Shown here piece after piece: positions 62,297 to 64,000 of a DNA stretch of 64,000 nt; position 1 is the stretch's first letter, and each line of letters starts with the position of its first letter. The notes beneath the pieces were generated by a model. The model was not told where the DNA came from, ran no database searches, and saw only the letters and a program-made list of their open reading frames with translations. The position numbers and the translations under genes are program-made. This DNA comes from Armatimonadota bacterium (GTDB lineage: Bacteria; Armatimonadota; UBA5829; DSUL01), in contig JBDHZC010000003.1 of NCBI GenBank assembly GCA_039811685.1, forward strand, positions 256,001-320,000, written 5' to 3'.

Positions 62297-63501
62297 CAGA
62301 TCGGGCTCCTCTGGTGATGTTGTTGCTGGATTCGCTGTCCGCCGAGTACGTAGAGCGTGAATACGTTCCCTTTTTTCGTTCTCTCATACCGGAAGGCGAG
62401 TTTCGTTCTCTCAAGAGCCTGTTCGCTTTTGACGGAGTTATGGCAACTGTTATGACGGGGCGTTGGCCAGATGAGACGGGTGTTTTTGGCCGTTTTGCTT
62501 ATGGCCCTCGTGAGTCCGTCATGCGATACAATCCGCTACGCGCGCTCAACCTGCTAGATAAGCAGGCGTACTATGCATCGGGGGAGCGCCGGGACGAGAG
62601 GCCGAACGCCTGGCCCGTGAAGCTCGTGCGCAAGCTGTTGCGACGGTATTGGCTGGACGGCGCGTTGAGCAACATTTCCAACTATGCCCGGATGCCGATG
62701 GCGCTTGCTCATAACTTCCGATACGCCATGACCCTCAACAAGTTTGATGAAATGCCCAGCATCTCCGGGCACGAGACGATTTACGGAAAGGCGACCCGGC
62801 AGGGTAGAAAGTCCTTCTTCCACTACGCGCCACTTCCCGATGCTCAGACGAAACTGGAGGCCATCCCAGATATCGAGAATTACGCGTTGATATTCGTTCA
62901 CACCTGGGGCCACCTGGACAGCTCCGGTCACGATTTTGGTCCCGCGTCTGCAGAGATTCGCGCTATGGCCGGGCAGTGCGACCAGCAACTGGCCGAGTTT
63001 GTTGCGTGGCTGCGAAAAAGAGTGCCCGATGCGTCTTTCATAATGTTCGCAGACCACGGTATGCACGAAGTGCACACAACGCACGACGTTGGACCAATTG
63101 TCAATGACGCCATCTCTGGCCAGGGTCCTCTGGTATTTGTGGACTCTACAGCCGTTAGAGCTTGGGGAAACGAGGGTGAACTGCTGAAACTCTCTGAGCG
63201 TCTCAGCGGACTGCCGGGAGTGCGCGTGCTGTCGGATGAAGACCTCATAGCCAATCACGCCTTCTTCCCGCAGCGAGAGTACGGCGAGATGATGGCTGTG
63301 GCATATCCGGGGTACGTCTTTTCTCCAGACTTCTTTGAAGGGCCCAAAAAAAGGTTGGGAATGCACGGGTACCTGGAGGACACGAACTGGCTGCGTCCGT
63401 CGCTGCTTTGGTTTGGGCCAGCCTTTGACACCTTGCCCTCTGACGTGCAACTGCAAGTTATGCCGGACATCTGGCGTCTGGCTGACCACGCTCTTGGCTG
63501 A
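62293..63501 (+). CDS. Alkaline phosphatase superfamily (NPP-like) protein
   Basis: LLLDS, LDSSGHDFGP, ADHGM and GMHGY metal-ligand motifs. Confidence 0.82.
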   Translation: MTDRAPLVMLLLDSLSAEYVEREYVPFFRSLIPEGEFRSLKSLFAFDGVMATVMTGRWPDETGVFGRFAYGPRESVMRYNPLRALNLLDKQAYYASGERRDERPNAWPVKLVRKLLRRYWLDGALSNISNYARMPMALAHNFRYAMTLNKFDEMPSISGHETIYGKATRQGRKSFFHYAPLPDAQTKLEAIPDIENYALIFVHTWGHLDSSGHDFGPASAEIRAMAGQCDQQLAEFVAWLRKRVPDASFIMFADHGMHEVHTTHDVGPIVNDAISGQGPLVFVDSTAVRAWGNEGELLKLSERLSGLPGVRVLSDEDLIANHAFFPQREYGEMMAVAYPGYVFSPDFFEGPKKRLGMHGYLEDTNWLRPSLLWFGPAFDTLPSDVQLQVMPDIWRLADHALG

Positions 63502-63668
63502 GGCCCGCCAGTGCCTGAGCATGGTATAACCAGTGTGAAGCGGATGGAGCGGGAGTGGAGACAGGCTGGTTCTACGAGCGAACATTCCTGCAATCCGCTT
63601 CTAAGACCGTCGCGTCTGGCCTGATATGTGCATAGGGCATAGGCGCGACAGGAGGAGTTGCTGGTTCT

Positions 63669-64000
63669 TTGGCCATTGCTGATGGACGGGAGTCCGTAAC
63701 AGGAAAGTCTCTGTGTGTGTATTCACAGGAAGAGACGCCGGAGTTTCGGCGCCGGATGGATGCGTGGCTGGCAGACATCACGGCTTACCTGCGTGACGAG
63801 AGCGGCGCCAACTATGTGAGCCTTATCCTGTCAGGCGGATATGGACGGGGGTGGGGCGCCTTTGTGGAAAGCCCCGAAGGGCCAAACCCCGTCAATGATC
63901 TGGATCTGGTGCTGGTAACCCGGACGCGATTGCCGCGGGAAGTGACACAGCGGCTCAGTCACGGCGCTACTGAACTGATCAGTCCACACTCCCGTTTCGA
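63669..64000 (+). CDS. Nucleotidyltransferase-like (Pol-beta superfamily) protein, truncated at the window edge
   Basis: Not in the ORF track. Read manually from TTG after GGAGGAG: ...SLILSGGYGRGWG...PVNDLDLVLV. Confidence 0.65.
   Translation, partial: MAIADGRESVTGKSLCVYSQEETPEFRRRMDAWLADITAYLRDESGANYVSLILSGGYGRGWGAFVESPEGPNPVNDLDLVLVTRTRLPREVTQRLSHGATELISPHSRF

Noticed and set aside
1..64000. CRISPR arrays, transposases, prophage or defence genes
   Set aside because: I recognised no regularly spaced repeats or diagnostic proteins.

Overview
This is a 64 kb GC-rich bacterial chromosomal segment. Its gene families (PEP-CTERM/exosortase, a DUF1559 H-X9-DG prepilin, DUF2961 and DUF4838 proteins, and a recurring 'GLLV.VWG..F.YIDDG' C-terminal domain) point to Armatimonadota; that assignment is inference. 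Housekeeping genes include lepA, hppA, mnmG, acnA, msrA, mutS2, secA, menG/ubiE, a polyprenyl synthase, udk, gmhA and tRNA-Pro(GGG). The main accessory features are: (1) a three-gene surface module in which one homologous passenger domain is attached either to a PEP-CTERM tail or to an unnamed ~210-aa C-terminal domain, followed by an H-X9-DG pilin-like gene, with a stand-alone copy of that C-terminal domain 2 kb away; (2) a type IV pilin cluster with three near-identical, separately terminated pilins that carry a Cys3-His motif, plus minor pilins; (3) two candidate sibling small RNAs with anti-SD/anti-AUG seeds, one behind an ECF-type promoter and one behind a sigma54 promoter; (4) several intact but catalytically degenerate proteins (NuoN-like, aldo/keto reductase, Wzc kinase); (5) an exosortase/EpsI-containing polysaccharide locus that runs off the right edge. 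I saw no CRISPR array, integrase, transposase or reverse transcriptase. All assignments come from motif recognition by eye; no searches were run.
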